DNA of 64,000 nucleotides from Vulcanimicrobiota bacterium (lineage in GTDB: Bacteria > Vulcanimicrobiota > Vulcanimicrobiia > Vulcanimicrobiales > Vulcanimicrobiaceae), in contig CAWHWQ010000004.1 of assembly GCA_963833095.1 (NCBI GenBank), positions 1-64,000 on the forward strand, in the 5' to 3' direction. The stretch's first letter is position 1. Each line of letters starts with the position of its first letter. This document shows, one piece after another, positions 1 through 11,107 of the stretch. The notes beneath the pieces are model-generated. The model saw nothing but the letters and a program-made list of their open reading frames with translations, was not told the DNA's origin and did no database searches. The position numbers and the translations under genes are program-made.

Positions 1-41
1 ATTTGCCTGGAACGGAACCGCTGCCGTCTTATTGATTTGGC

Positions 42-466
42 ATGAATATATCTTGGAACGATCTAGGTAACGCTCAGAAGGCCGGGGATTACCCATTCCG
101 AGACGGGACAATCACGGTCACTTTTGCAGAGATAGCTGCATGGCATGAGAACCCGACGGCCAAATTCCAGTTGATGCGCAAACATCCTATTCAAGGACCG
201 GTTAAATATGTGCTTGGCAAGCAAACCGACGAAAAATCTAAACCTGCAAGATCAGCTTATCTACCAAAGCAGCAACGGCGATTCGTGGCATTAACTACCA
301 ACGATCCGGCTACGGAGCTCAAGCCGTGCTGCACCGCCCAAACCCTCAATCAGGGGGCCGACCATCCTACACCGCGATCAGCGAATTTCTCGCCCAGGGA
401 GCGAGCGGCCCGGAGCACCAATCACTGCGGCGCATGTTGCAAGCGGAGCCTCGCCAACCTGAGTAG
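42..466 (+). pseudogene. Small hypothetical protein broken by indels (pseudogene or read errors)
   Basis: ATG at 42 (MNISWNDLG...). A coherent C-terminal segment (LIYQSSNGDSW...AVLHRPNPQSGG...GPEHQSLRRML) continues in other frames to TAG 464-466. Confidence 0.45.
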
Positions 467-684
467 AGGCCGAAGATCTTGCTTACGGTCACACCTTCCC
501 TTTGCTACGGATGACGGTTTGCGATCACGCGCCATCACGATTTTCGGTATCCTGATTTCCGGCGATGAGCGAAGCAATAATGATGATTTTCCCGAGGCGG
601 TAAATCGGCCAATCAGGAGGTGGGAAACAGCCTGTCTGTAGGCTTGTCCAAATGCTTGTCCACGACCTGGCGCCAGCGGCATCA

Positions 685-915
685 TCAAACGTCGTAGAGA
701 TTTCAGCCGTTCAATAATTACTTCAAAAAACGCCAGTAGATTCGCCTTGTTTGGCACCCGGGCCGGCCTCCACAGCAAACGTCAACCTCGAACTCCATGG
801 TTGAAACCACACGGTGACTTTGAGGCCACTTTTCGGGCAACCCTCGATCTGGCGCAGGTCTTGGAGAATCATTGCTGCCAATTCTTCGGCGGTCTTCTTT
901 TGTTTGACCGCAATC
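685..915 (-). pseudogene. Small hypothetical protein, frameshifted
   Basis: KQKKTAEELAAMILQDLRQIEGCPKSGLKVTV in ORF 723..1067 continues as VPNKANLLAFFEVIIERLK in ORF 422..778. Boundaries approximate. Confidence 0.4.
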
Positions 916-951
916 GCAGGCTCCGGATGTTCAGCTGTCAGATCGGTCACT

Positions 952-1326
952 TCATCGATCCTTTCGCCTTCGGCCGATCGCACGCACCTCTCGAAACTCT
1001 TCGGGCCCTTTGGTGAGCGGCGCCGGCGCTGGGCATGTTCCTCCGGATGGGCCGCGGGATCGCCCATTTGTCGATCGCATTTGCGGCGAGCTCGCGGCGC
1101 GCAACATCCGTCGGTTTTGCTTGCGACCCCGGGCTGGCGTCTTCACGGTGAGCCCGATCTCGACCAGGCGGCGGATGGCCTCGGGGCGGGACGGTTTAAG
1201 CTTCTGCTTAGCACTCCAACCATCTAAGGCCTCAAACTGGAGAAGGGTCCAAGCGGACCATAACGCCTTCACGGCGCCCACCTGTCGGGGGTCGACCTCG
1301 TCCTCTCTTTTTTGGGGTATCCGCAA
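952..1326 (-). pseudogene. Ribbon-helix-helix-like small DNA-binding protein, frameshifted
   Basis: ALDGW...KPSRPEAIRRLVEIGL motif. An N-terminal RGRPPTG reads in a shifted frame. Confidence 0.5.
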
Positions 1327-1422
1327 TTGACTTTGGCATTAATATAGGGTATCCCAAAAGCAAGCCGAGGGGAAGCGTCAACTTCCGCCCCGGCTCTAAC
1401 CCAAGCCAGAGGAGTTCAATCG

Positions 1423-1755
1423 ATGGCCCAGGCTACCAACGTTTCTACCATATCCCCATCCCGCTTTCACAATCTTGCCGACCCGGCGCTTGCCGATGCG
1501 CTCGGTCATGCCGATGCCGTGCTGAAGGGCGCGGAGGCCGAATGCAAGCTGCTCAAGGACGAATTTAAGCGCCGGGGCCTCGTTGAGGTCGCGGGCGGCC
1601 AATTCACATTCACAGCCACCGAACAGATCGCTGGTCGGCTCGATACCAAGGCCGTGAAGGAATATCTCGGCGAATCTTATCACCGCTTCGAAAATACGGT
1701 CATCTCGACCGTCATTCGCATCAAGTCGGTGCAGCGGATCACGAGCGCCGCATAG
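1423..1755 (+). CDS. Hypothetical protein (110 aa), mobile-element/phage-like accessory
   Basis: Clean ORF with GAGGAG RBS upstream, divergent from the RHH-like gene. Confidence 0.65.
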   Translation: MAQATNVSTISPSRFHNLADPALADALGHADAVLKGAEAECKLLKDEFKRRGLVEVAGGQFTFTATEQIAGRLDTKAVKEYLGESYHRFENTVISTVIRIKSVQRITSAA

Positions 1756-1851
1756 CGATCCCGGAGTGTCCTTCATAGCTCGCGGTCCCACACTGCGAGC
1801 ACCCTTATTTTTCAAAATTCGACGGAGACAGCAATGTCGATCCCATCTGTG

Positions 1852-2715
1852 TCAATCGGCGTTCAAATTTGACCCCGTATCGGCGTCCAATTTTGACCCC
1901 TTTGAGCGGCGGGTTTTGACAGTAGCGCTCGCCTCGTCGGAGCTGGCCGGGGTTGCGGAGACGTGGCGAGCGCGGGTTGCGTGATCGTCGTCGCGGCTTT
2001 TGAAGCGCCAACTGTCGTTGCCGGTTTCCACGATATCGCAATGGTGAGTCAGGCGGTCGAGCAGCGCGGTGGTCATCTTGGCATCACCGAACACGCTGGG
2101 CCATTCACCGAAGGCAAGATTGGTGGTGACGACGATGGATGTGCGCTCGTAAAGCCGACTGACGAGATGGAACAGAAGCTGGCCGCCGGACTGAGCGAAC
2201 GGTAGGTAACCGAGTTCGTCGAGGACGATGAAGTCCATTCGGGTCAAATGCTCGGCGATCCGCCCCTGCCGTCCGTTGCGCGTCTCGATCTCCAGACGGT
2301 TGACGAGGTCGACCACGTTGTAAAAGCGGCCGCGCGCGCCGGACCTGATGCAGCTTCTGGCGATTGCGATGGCCATATGTGTTTTGCCGGTGCCGGTACC
2401 TCCGACCAGGACGGCGTTACGTTGCTGGGCGATGAAGCCGCCGCCGGCGAGATCATTGACCAGCGTCTGGTTGATGGGTGTGCCTTCGAACTGGAAGTCC
2501 TCAAGATCCTTGGCCAGCGGCAGTTTGGCGATGGTGAGCTGGTACCTGATCGAGCGGGCTTGCTTCTCATTGATCTCGGCGTTGAGCAGATCGCCAACAA
2601 TGCGTTGAGGTTCGTGCTGGCGTTTGACAGCGGTCGCCATGATCTCGTCGAAGGCGGCCTTCATGCCGTAGAGCTTGAGCTCGCCCATGAGGTCGAACAG
2701 TTGAGTACGTTCCAT
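1852..2715 (-). CDS. istB: IS21 helper AAA+ ATPase IstB
   Basis: Walker A GGTGTGKT, Walker [15 protein letters not shown] and LDRL.HH motifs. Confidence 0.95.
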   Translation of the reverse strand: MERTQLFDLMGELKLYGMKAAFDEIMATAVKRQHEPQRIVGDLLNAEINEKQARSIRYQLTIAKLPLAKDLEDFQFEGTPINQTLVNDLAGGGFIAQQRNAVLVGGTGTGKTHMAIAIARSCIRSGARGRFYNVVDLVNRLEIETRNGRQGRIAEHLTRMDFIVLDELGYLPFAQSGGQLLFHLVSRLYERTSIVVTTNLAFGEWPSVFGDAKMTTALLDRLTHHCDIVETGNDSWRFKSRDDDHATRARHVSATPASSDEASATVKTRRSKGSKLDADTGSNLNAD

Positions 2716-4214
2716 CAGATGGTTCTCCTGAGGTTGTCGTAACGGGCACAGTCAGCGATCGGCGCGTGACGCAATGTCAGCGAAGCCGGTGTGGCGATGT
2801 TGGCCGGCGGCGCAGGATCACGCTGGCGGGCCAGGATGTTGAGCACGACATCGGCGGAATGAACGCCGTGAGCGATCGCCTCGGCGCAGGCTGCTTCGAC
2901 GGCCGGCAAGCCGTCGGTCAGAACCGCGTTGAGGATGTCGACCATCTGCCGATTGCCATCGTCGGCACCGACGAGCTTGCGCCGTACACGTTCGATCGCG
3001 GCCGGCAGCACCCAGTCCTTGAAGGGAGCGCCGTTGCGCAGGGCACCGGGTTTGCGAGCCAGCACCGGCACGTAATGCCAGGGATCGTAGACGGTATCGC
3101 CGCGGCTGAACGAGCGAGCATGCTCAGCAACGATGCGTCCGTCCTGGCGGATCACAATGCGGTCGGCGTAGGCATGGACTTCGACAGGCCGTCCGACGGC
3201 ACTCGCCGCGACCGAGTATCTATTGTTGTCGAAGCGCACCAAGCAGGTCTTCGAGACTGATGCCGGCACTGCGTGGAATCCGTCGAACCGGCCGGCATAG
3301 GGAACGAGCTTCGGTCGCTCGGCTTCGAACACCTCCCAGAGCGTCTGTTCGGTCAGTTCCGGATGGGGGTGAGCCTTGGCGTAAGCGATGCACTTATCCA
3401 GCAGCCATGCGTTCAGCTCATTCAGGGTTTTGAACCGCAGCCGTGGCGTGAAGAATCGTTCGCGAACCAGCCCGACCTGGTTCTCGACCTGACCCTTCTC
3501 CCAGCCCGACGCCGGCGTGCAGGCAACCGGATCGACCAGGTAGTGACTGCACATCTGCATGAAGCGGCGATTGTAGAGACGTCCTTTGCCGACGAAGATC
3601 GTCTCCACGGCGGTCTTCATGTTGTCGTAGATGCCGCGCACGCAGGTGCCCTTGAACAGAGCGAATGCCCGGTCGTGGGCATCGAACACCATCTCCTGTG
3701 TCTCGCGCGGATAGCACCGCACGAACAGCATCCGGCTGTGGCAGAGTCGGACATGGGCGGCCTTCACCATCACCGTTACGCCATTGAGCAGAACGACTTC
3801 ATGGCTCCAGTCGAACTGATAGGCTTCTCCCGGCGCAAAGCTCAGCGGGACGTAGGCTGCAGCCGTGGATTCCCCACGCTCCTTGCTCCACCGTCTGGCG
3901 TAACGCCGTACGGCGTCGTAACCGCCGTCATAGCCCCGCGCACGCAGCTCTTCGAAGATCCGGATCAATGTCAGTTGCTCGCGAGCGGACTTGGCCGCGT
4001 TCCCTGCCAGCAATCCGTCGAGTTCTGCTGCCCATCGTCCCAGCTTCGGCCGCGGTTGGACAACACGCTCGTACTCGAATGAGGTCTCGCCCGACCTCAG
4101 CACCTTCCGGACCGTGTTCCGCGACACCTTCAGGTCACGGGCGATCTCCTTGATCGTCTTGCCCTTGATGAAGTGCTCGCGCCGTATCCGGGCAATCGTC
4201 TCCACGATCAGCAT
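2715..4214 (-). CDS. istA: IS21 DDE transposase IstA
   Basis: N-terminal HTH ([14 protein letters not shown]), [21 protein letters not shown]; overlaps istB by 1 base. Confidence 0.95.
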   Translation of the reverse strand: MLIVETIARIRREHFIKGKTIKEIARDLKVSRNTVRKVLRSGETSFEYERVVQPRPKLGRWAAELDGLLAGNAAKSAREQLTLIRIFEELRARGYDGGYDAVRRYARRWSKERGESTAAAYVPLSFAPGEAYQFDWSHEVVLLNGVTVMVKAAHVRLCHSRMLFVRCYPRETQEMVFDAHDRAFALFKGTCVRGIYDNMKTAVETIFVGKGRLYNRRFMQMCSHYLVDPVACTPASGWEKGQVENQVGLVRERFFTPRLRFKTLNELNAWLLDKCIAYAKAHPHPELTEQTLWEVFEAERPKLVPYAGRFDGFHAVPASVSKTCLVRFDNNRYSVAASAVGRPVEVHAYADRIVIRQDGRIVAEHARSFSRGDTVYDPWHYVPVLARKPGALRNGAPFKDWVLPAAIERVRRKLVGADDGNRQMVDILNAVLTDGLPAVEAACAEAIAHGVHSADVVLNILARQRDPAPPANIATPASLTLRHAPIADCARYDNLRRTI

Positions 4215-4404
4215 CCCCGACCACCTGCTTCATGACAAAGCAGGCAGCGCAACAGACCAATCTATAGGGGGTCAATTTTGGACGCCGATCCCCCGGCTTA
4301 GGGGGTCAATATTGCAGACGATGACGTAATTGCGGTCGGCGTTCGCGGTACGGAACATCCGCTATCTTCAAGCCTTCCTGCAATCTAACGAATCGGAGGG
4401 GACC

Positions 4405-5433
4405 GTGAAGCAATATGTTGGGTTGGATGTCTCGCAAAAAGAAACCTCAGTATGTGTGGTCGACGAAGTGGGTCAGGTCTTGTTCGAAGGAAGGGCCAAG
4501 TCCGACCCAGGGGCACTCGCGGCATTGCTTCGCAAGCGGGCGCCACAAGCGGAGCGCATCGGATTTGAGACTGGGGCGATGGCGAGTTGGCTATGGCATG
4601 AACTTCGTCGGGTCGATCTCCCGGTGGTTTGCATCGACGCGCGGCACGCCCACGCGGCTTTATCCGTACGCATGAATAAAAGCGATCAGAATGATGCTCG
4701 AGGCCTGGCCGAACTGGTGCGAGTTGGCTGGTATCGGGAAGTCAAGGTCAAGAGCGAGGAAAGTCAGAAGATCCGCGCGATACTCGTCGCGCGATCCCGG
4801 CTCGTGTCCATGCGCCGAGACATCGAGAACCAAGTCCGGAGTTTGATCAAAGAATACGGCTTGCTGTTCCCGCGCGCGATCGGCCAGCAGTTCCGCAACC
4901 AGGTCAGCGAGCTATTGGGCGACGATCATCCACTCCTCAGCGTGATATCGCCGCTCCTGTTGATCCATGAGCATATCTGTCAGCAGCAGAACAAGTTCGA
5001 CGACGAAGTTCGCCAGTTGGCGAAGGCGGATGAGACGACGCGCCGCCTGATGACGGTTCCCGGTGTCGGCGTGGTGACCGCCTTGACCTTCCGCCATACA
5101 ATCGATGACCCGTCGCGCTTCCGATCGGCATCGAGCGTCGGCGCCTATCTTGGCCTCACACCTCGGCGCAACCAATCTGGCGAAACTGACATCAATGGCA
5201 AGATATCACGATGGGGCGACCGGCTTCTCCGAACTTACCTGTTTGAGGCCGCGACCGTCCTGCTTTATCGGACAAAGAAGTGGTCTTCTCTTAAGGCCTG
5301 GGGCATGAAGCTCGCCAAGCGGATCGGCATGAGGAAGGCGAAGGTCGCCATCGCCCGAAAGATCGCCGTGATTCTTCACTGCATCTGGGTCGACGGCACA
5401 TCATTCGACTGGGGTCTGGCGAAGCCGGCCTGA
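4405..5433 (+). CDS. IS110-family DEDD recombinase/transposase
   Basis: GTG start after GGAGGG. YVGLDVS, IGFETG and [11 protein letters not shown] give the DEDD set; VPGVG and LGLTP...QSG mark the Tnp20-type domain. Confidence 0.95.
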   Translation: MKQYVGLDVSQKETSVCVVDEVGQVLFEGRAKSDPGALAALLRKRAPQAERIGFETGAMASWLWHELRRVDLPVVCIDARHAHAALSVRMNKSDQNDARGLAELVRVGWYREVKVKSEESQKIRAILVARSRLVSMRRDIENQVRSLIKEYGLLFPRAIGQQFRNQVSELLGDDHPLLSVISPLLLIHEHICQQQNKFDDEVRQLAKADETTRRLMTVPGVGVVTALTFRHTIDDPSRFRSASSVGAYLGLTPRRNQSGETDINGKISRWGDRLLRTYLFEAATVLLYRTKKWSSLKAWGMKLAKRIGMRKAKVAIARKIAVILHCIWVDGTSFDWGLAKPA

Positions 5434-5760
5434 CGATTTTGTAAGTTCCTGGTCCGGTCCGCCGGACTGGCGATGTCCCGCTGGGACGGTGTTGTGGCGA
5501 CCTCGTTCATTCGGCTGGTGGCGGCTTGACCGTACTCCGCTGCAAACGTTGAGGCGCCCGACCCGGACATCATCATGAGGCGCTGCGCGACCTCGGAAAG
5601 GACCATGACCCCAGCGAAGACATCAACCGGTCTCACGATGCCGGCCGGCACACCATGATCAGCCGCGCTCGCGCCGTCTCCGCAACCCCGACCAGCTCCG
5701 ACGGCGCGAGCGCTACCGCTTGCCGTCGGAGAGTTCAAAAAGGTAAGCTTGACAACAAAT
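5434..5760 (+). ncRNA. Candidate seekRNA/bridge RNA region of the IS1111-type element
   Basis: About 330-nt non-coding tract with hairpins (GTCCC-GCT-GGGAC 5475-5487; CTCCGACGGC/GCCGTCGGAG 5696-5731) and a target match TCATTCGGC at 5507-5515. Confidence 0.7.
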
Positions 5761-5957
5761 CCGCAATTAAAGGGCCGAATGACAGGCTGTTCTAAAATCA
5801 GTGCTTTTCGGAACACTCCCGACGGCGGTAGGACGGGAATCGGCTCTCCGGCCGTCGCAAATAGTGGCCGCTAATCCTTTGCCGATCGCGAATTTGCAGT
5901 GTGAAGCCGGCAACGCCATTAGTCGGCAGGCCCGCGCTAACAGCCACCGTCAAACCG

Positions 5958-6410
5958 CTACCGCACTACCAACACCGGCACGCTTCCGTCCGCTAGGACC
6001 TCCGATGTTTGACTCCCCAAGAATAGCTTCCTGAGGCCGCGACGCCCATGAGAGGCCATGACGATCAAGTCGCAGCCTCTGGACTTTGCTGTTTCGATAA
6101 TCGCAGTGGCTGGGTGCGCATTCGGAACATGCAAGAGTTCTGCAGATATCCCGATCTGCTCCGCCATAGCTCGAACTTCATCGAGCACTTTGCCCGCACG
6201 TTCCTTGCGGGCTGCGTCAAAGCTATCAACCTCTTCCTGCGAGGGAATCCATCCCGAGGCGTGTCCGCCTCCATAGTCGACCGGCAGCGGTTCCGTTACG
6301 GTGATGACTGTCACTTTAGCGTTCAAGGCCTTTGCTAAAGCAATCCCATGCTCAACGCCTTTTCTCGCGACATCCGATCCATCCGTGCTCAAGAGAATAT
6401 TGGCGTACAT
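5958..6410 (-). CDS. Universal stress protein (UspA family)
   Basis: MYANILLSTDGS N-terminus and DLIVMASHGRRG...LGSQT...VPVLVVR C-terminus. Confidence 0.93.
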   Translation of the reverse strand: MYANILLSTDGSDVARKGVEHGIALAKALNAKVTVITVTEPLPVDYGGGHASGWIPSQEEVDSFDAARKERAGKVLDEVRAMAEQIGISAELLHVPNAHPATAIIETAKSRGCDLIVMASHGRRGLRKLFLGSQTSEVLADGSVPVLVVR

Positions 6411-7007
6411 TCGGGGCTCCCTTGCTCATCGGAATTTGAAATGCAATATCCCCGCCGCTATGCAATTGCGCGCGGCGTTGGACAGCGCCCTTCTTCTTGC
6501 GCAGCCCGTTGAGTAATTAAGCCCAATTGCTACGACCCGCTGGCTCGGTAAAGTCCTGCGAGCCCGTCCATCGTCTGCAGTTGAAGGCCGAAACGTCATC
6601 ATCGCCGCAAAGCATTCGTGAATATTAAAGGCCTAGAACCGGAAGGCCACCGTTAATCTACTCGGATCAATGCGTTGCGGCGATGACGACCGAGAATTTC
6701 GATAAAAAGTCCCAACTAATATTGAATCTGGATGAAAAACCGCCCGGGCTTTACACCGGACGGTTCTTTTGCGTCTCCCGGCTTTTGACCGGCTCTGAAG
6801 CTGCTGTGTCAAGTGACGGACACACGAAAGGTTCCGTCAGATTGGCTAGAGCAGGACTTAAAATTGACCTTTCACCAAGTTGAAAAAGGCATCAGGTCCT
6901 TCTGCCAGCATTACTCAACATATGCCGGTGACGCGAGGTTCATTGGAGCGCCTCGTTGCCCGGCTTGGTGCGGCGCTTTGCTTTTGCCTACCTTTTGATG
7001 ACGCTGA

Positions 7008-7196
7008 TCAATGAGCTATCGACGGAACGATTGCCGGCGAGTCGTCGTCATCTAATTCGCGAAGTCTGCTTAAAGGATTTTCAATTTGAGCCGGTAGTTT
7101 TGTTTGGTCCCGGGCTAGAATTTCGCGCAGGCGCTCGCCAATCTCCGTGCACATCGCGCGACTGTGGGCGAGATCGATGTTGATTTGGTCTTGCAT
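7008..7196 (-). CDS. Small hypothetical protein (62 aa)
   Basis: MQDQINIDLAHSRAMCTEIGERLR...SPAIVPS; resembles small Rhizobiales proteins from recollection only. Confidence 0.45.
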   Translation of the reverse strand: MQDQINIDLAHSRAMCTEIGERLREILARDQTKLPAQIENPLSRLRELDDDDSPAIVPSIAH

Positions 7197-7251
7197 GGTG
7201 GAAATCCATTCTGTTACTAGACCAAGGCCGCCACCTGCAAATTGTTTCTGC

Positions 7252-7914
7252 TCAGTCTGCACGAAGATTGTTCAATCGTCTTGGAACAAATCCTGCGCGC
7301 ATCTTTCGCCCACAGGGGCAACGGATAGCTGCGGGCGCTAGGGTAATTCGGCGACCATCGCCGGCCTTGACAAATTCGGCAAGGCGCCAGCCGGTGCGGT
7401 CGCTTGGCCCCAGCATGATTTTGCTGCGCATTTCATCAGCGATGCCAAGACGCTCAAGGAGCTTCTCAAAATAGATGCCGCTTGTGCCTTCGGTGGAGCG
7501 CATGACCGATTTCGCTGACAGAATGGCGCGCTTAAAGCCATCAACCGTGCTGATGTCGGGCTTAGGCGCGCCCTCACGCACCGCGAGACCGAGCCCGGAA
7601 CGGAAAATATCAGTGCGGCTGTCGGCCGCAATTTTGCCCTGCTTGGTCAAATCGTCTATCACCGCACGAGTTACAATGGCGATATCGAACGCCGAGCCGC
7701 CTTCGATCTGACGCTTTATGATATTGGCCGGGTCGTAACTGAACGACAGCTTGCGGCCGGTTGAGCGCTCAAACTGAGGGCCGAGCTCGCTCAACACTTC
7801 CATAGCCGCGTGCGTGCTCAGGATTTTGATTTCATCCGCGTTCGCGGTGATACCTTGAGACAGCAGTATTGTGAGCGCCGTTTGCGCAACAAAGGCTAGT
7901 GGACGAAATCTCAT
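7252..7914 (-). pseudogene. ModA-like periplasmic substrate-binding protein, C-terminally truncated
   Basis: Signal peptide, then GLGLAVREGAPKPDIST and GTSGIYF motifs. The family pattern stops after IMLGPS (about 7400). Confidence 0.65.
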
Positions 7915-8140
7915 TGCGCTCTCCCAACGAGCCGCGCGGGTTTTCCCACTGTAAGTTTACGAGCTAAATCGTAAGATGCGCCAGCTTTCCTTGCGTGCGA
8001 GATACTTCCGTTCATGGCATGCACAAATGCGAAGCACCGGCTGTATCGAGCAATGTCGGCTGAGGACTTGCATTAGCACGCAAGTCCTCCCCGATAGCTT
8101 CATGCGCATCAATCGCAGTGCCACGTTTCATATGGCTGCG

Positions 8141-9568
8141 TCATCGTCGAGACGTAAGGGTGGGGCCTACCGCCGCGCTGCGAGCCCGTTCGACGGTGCC
8201 TGCTTGCAATGCCGCGCGCCTCTCGACGGTGGCGTGATCGAACAGTTCGAGCACCAGGCCAAAGGCCGCCAGTTCCTCTTCCTCGATGGCGCCGTCATCG
8301 TAGCATTCGAGCGCTTCACCGATGATGAGGTCGACCTCGCGCTGCATCGCCAGCAGTTCCTGGTCGGATTCGGCGGTGCGCGCCCCAGACACCATGGCCA
8401 GGATCCTGTTGCGATGGCTGGTATTTTCCTGCCTTTCGTCCCGATTCAAGTAGTGACGCAACCAGGCGCCGGCCGAACCGATCCCGGAGAGAAGCAGGAG
8501 CGCAAACCAGAAGTAATCGCCGTACCTGTCGAGAAAGGTGCGTTCGGTGCCGTTGATGACGGCTGCCGCTCCCCGATGTACCGGCAGCTCGGCGTCGTTC
8601 TCGGTGTCCGGCTTGGTGATGTGCGCAGCGCCAGGCACTTGCCTGGCAATCGCCTGACGGAGGGCGAATAGTTGCCGGAAAAATGCCGCCACCGTCGTTT
8701 CAGACAAAGCCTTCCGCGCCACGATCAGGTGGCTGACGCTGACCGTCTCGACCTTGTCATCCGGCCAGGCCGGATTCGCATTGAAGACGCTGGGTGGAAT
8801 TTCCTCGGATTCATAACGCGGGTGCTTTAGGGCGATGGCTTCCGATGCCTCGATCGCGAGAAACTTCGGCTCGCCTCGCGCCCGGGCCGTCGCGGCGATG
8901 GCGTCGGAGGTGATTTTGCTGTCGAGCGGACCGACCGCCATGAATGCATCGAGGGTGGGGTCGCGCGCCAGCTCCTCGATTTGGTCCGGGCCAAATTGCG
9001 TAACTGCGACTTTGTCCGCCTCCACGCCGGAGGCGCTCAGGATGACCCGCAGCAACGCGGCGTTCGCCGGTGTCCGGCCGATCACGCCGACCCTGTGCCC
9101 TTCGAGATCGGCGATCTCCTTGATTTTCGGTGCGGGCTTTCTTTTGGAGTTCTTGCCCGCAAGTCCGGAAGGCGACCACAGCACAACGAAGTTCTTGCGC
9201 ACGACGGCGACAGCCTGCGCGTCGGCCGGCATCTCCAGATCGCCACGACCGACCGCCAGGTCGGCCTTGCCAGCACCAAGCAGGGCGAGGGCTGCGACCG
9301 CTCCGTCGGACGTGATCGGAGACAGTTTGACAGTCCTGCTTTCGCTGGCGAAGGCTTCGGCCATCGCCTGAATCACTTTGTGATCGTCGCTTCCTTGCGG
9401 TCCGACCGCTATCCGTAGAGTTACCGGCCGCAACGCATAATATAGTGCGCCCGCGGCGGCGCCAAAAACAAGAAATCCAACGGCCAAGACCAGCAGTAAG
9501 GAATTGCTCCTTTTCCGCCGTCGGCGGGCTGCGTCACTGGTTTCATTTGTACCATCGGACGAGGACAT
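8141..9568 (-). CDS. TAXI-family TRAP solute-binding protein with membrane anchors
   Basis: N-terminal TM, LRIAVGP, GKADLAV.R.D, LPVH.GAAA, then a second TM and a helical tail. Confidence 0.8.
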   Translation of the reverse strand: MSSSDGTNETSDAARRRRKRSNSLLLVLAVGFLVFGAAAGALYYALRPVTLRIAVGPQGSDDHKVIQAMAEAFASESRTVKLSPITSDGAVAALALLGAGKADLAVGRGDLEMPADAQAVAVVRKNFVVLWSPSGLAGKNSKRKPAPKIKEIADLEGHRVGVIGRTPANAALLRVILSASGVEADKVAVTQFGPDQIEELARDPTLDAFMAVGPLDSKITSDAIAATARARGEPKFLAIEASEAIALKHPRYESEEIPPSVFNANPAWPDDKVETVSVSHLIVARKALSETTVAAFFRQLFALRQAIARQVPGAAHITKPDTENDAELPVHRGAAAVINGTERTFLDRYGDYFWFALLLLSGIGSAGAWLRHYLNRDERQENTSHRNRILAMVSGARTAESDQELLAMQREVDLIIGEALECYDDGAIEEEELAAFGLVLELFDHATVERRAALQAGTVERARSAAVGPTLTSRR

Positions 9569-10281
9569 TGCCGCTGCCAGTCGGAGATCAAACTTTGCAA
9601 CAATACCACGTTTTTCAGGGGAGACGTCGGAGCAGCGGCCCCTGGTTTCAACAGCGGAATAAACCCCTGGCGGCCTGAAAAATGCGATCCAGTTGCCCGC
9701 TGTCTTCGCTATCGAGGCATAGCGGACGTCGGTAATGACCTAACGACCACGACGCGCACGCGCAGGCTGTCGGAATCGCCGGTCAACTTGATATCTTGAT
9801 ATTAAATCAAAATTCTCGGCTTCCGTAGTTCTGTGCATTTTGCGCTGATCATTCCAAGCGAGCGTGACATTCTGGGAACAATGCAGGCAGTTTGGCGCCG
9901 GCGGTGAAGTGAGCGAATGCCGCGTTTGTAGCATCCGGAATGACGGGCACACCGTGCCGATATCACGCATATCAAACCAACTCCCGCATACGCAGCGCCC
10001 GCGCCGGTAATGGCGCGGCTTCGCCGGTGCGTCAAACCGGCGTGATGGCCTTGACACCCTGCGTCCTGGCAGAAGCCCGCTCCTGCCAAGCCAGCCATAC
10101 CTCCCGCACGATTTGGTCGCGCGCGGTCAAGGTGGTAGCTAAGGCGGCCCCAGAAGCCGAAAAGACGCTGCTTGTTGGGGCAGCAATTGGGACAATTCAT
10201 AAATGCTCGCCAAGTAGAGCCATTAACTCAACCGCTTACAGGCAGCGCGGGCGGAAACTATTTCCGCCTCGGTTCGGCGAG

Positions 10282-10515
10282 ACAATCAAGCCGCCGTCGA
10301 CGAACAGTTCGGCATCAGTAGTGTAGGTTGCATCGGCGGCGAGGTAGAGAGCTGCAGCGGCGATTTTGGCGGCGGTGCCGGTACGACCGAGTGGAATGGG
10401 GTCTTGGCCCCTCGATAAAGTTGTCCTTCTGCGCCGGTGTGAGTCCTCCTTTGTCGAGGATCGGGGTATCGATTGGACCGGGACTAATGGTTTTGACCCG
10501 GATGCCGCGCGAGCC
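10282..10515 (-). pseudogene. C-terminal remnant of a short-chain dehydrogenase/reductase
   Basis: RGIRVKTISPGPIDTP in one frame and IPLGRTG...AALYLA...ELFVDGG in another; no N-terminal half. Confidence 0.75.
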
Positions 10516-11107
10516 GCCGCGTAACATTTCAAGCAGCTTTACCGGCCAAAACCCAAAAGGTGCTAAATCCCTCGGCGGCCGCCCCCGTTTATGAAATACC
10601 GCAAACTCGGTGTCATCAAACCGGCAGCAGCTCAAATCTCCATTTCTTATTTTGCTATGGCGGATTTAATTGACTCGATCCGCTGCGCAAGATTAAGTTC
10701 ACGTCCGTATTTTAATTCATCTTAAATCGATTTTTCCTTTGGGCTGGTCCATGAATAAAGCGATCTCACCGGGCAGTGAGTTCGATCGGTATCGGCTTTG
10801 ATTTGCCCATCGAGCCGCAATATTTCGCGGAAACGGCCACCCTATCGAAACCAAATTCTCCTGCGCCAACGATCCAAACCACGTCAGCTCCGCCGAGTGG
10901 ATCTGCAGACGCGAAGCCTAGCCTGCTTACCCTGCCCGCGGAGTTGCCGACGCAACGCCGGCCGCAAGGATTGAAGTTCGATTTTGACGACGGCCGGGTT
11001 TTTTGCCCGACGATGAAGAGAAGCTACTGGACGAACCGTCAAGGTCGTACTGCGTATTTAGCGCGAACTTAGCCGCTAGATGAGCGTCACTAAAGCAAGG
11101 ATGGATC

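Larger units (their letters stand above)
4318..5773 (+). mobile_element. IS110-family element of IS1111 type (sub-terminal IRs, long 3' non-coding region)
   Basis: TAATTGCGG 4327-4335 and CCGCAATTA 5761-5769 are inverted. The flanks reconstitute the IS21 terminal IR. Ends are uncertain by 1-2 nt. Confidence 0.85.
1850..5784 (-). mobile_element. IS21-family insertion sequence (istA-istB); the istA-proximal terminal IR is interrupted by an IS110-family element
   Basis: TGT-starting 27-bp terminal repeat at 1850-1876 with an internal copy at 1879-1900. Inverted copies at 4268-4289 and at 4302-4317 joined to 5774-5784. Confidence 0.9.

Noticed and set aside
9..33. EcfG-like promoter GGAAC-N17-ATT
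   Set aside because: The -10 match is weak and it sits at the window edge.
1840..5795. Target-site duplication of the IS21
   Set aside because: The flanks (CATCTG versus GGCTGT) give no clean direct repeat.
9796..9810. FNR/FixK-like box TTGAT-ATTAA-ATCAA
   Set aside because: The spacer is 5 nt instead of 4 and there is no clear target; it could be a homopolymer error but this is unsupported.
9802..10200. Cys-rich ORF MNCPNCCP...
   Set aside because: No recognisable family or RBS, and it lies in an error-prone region.
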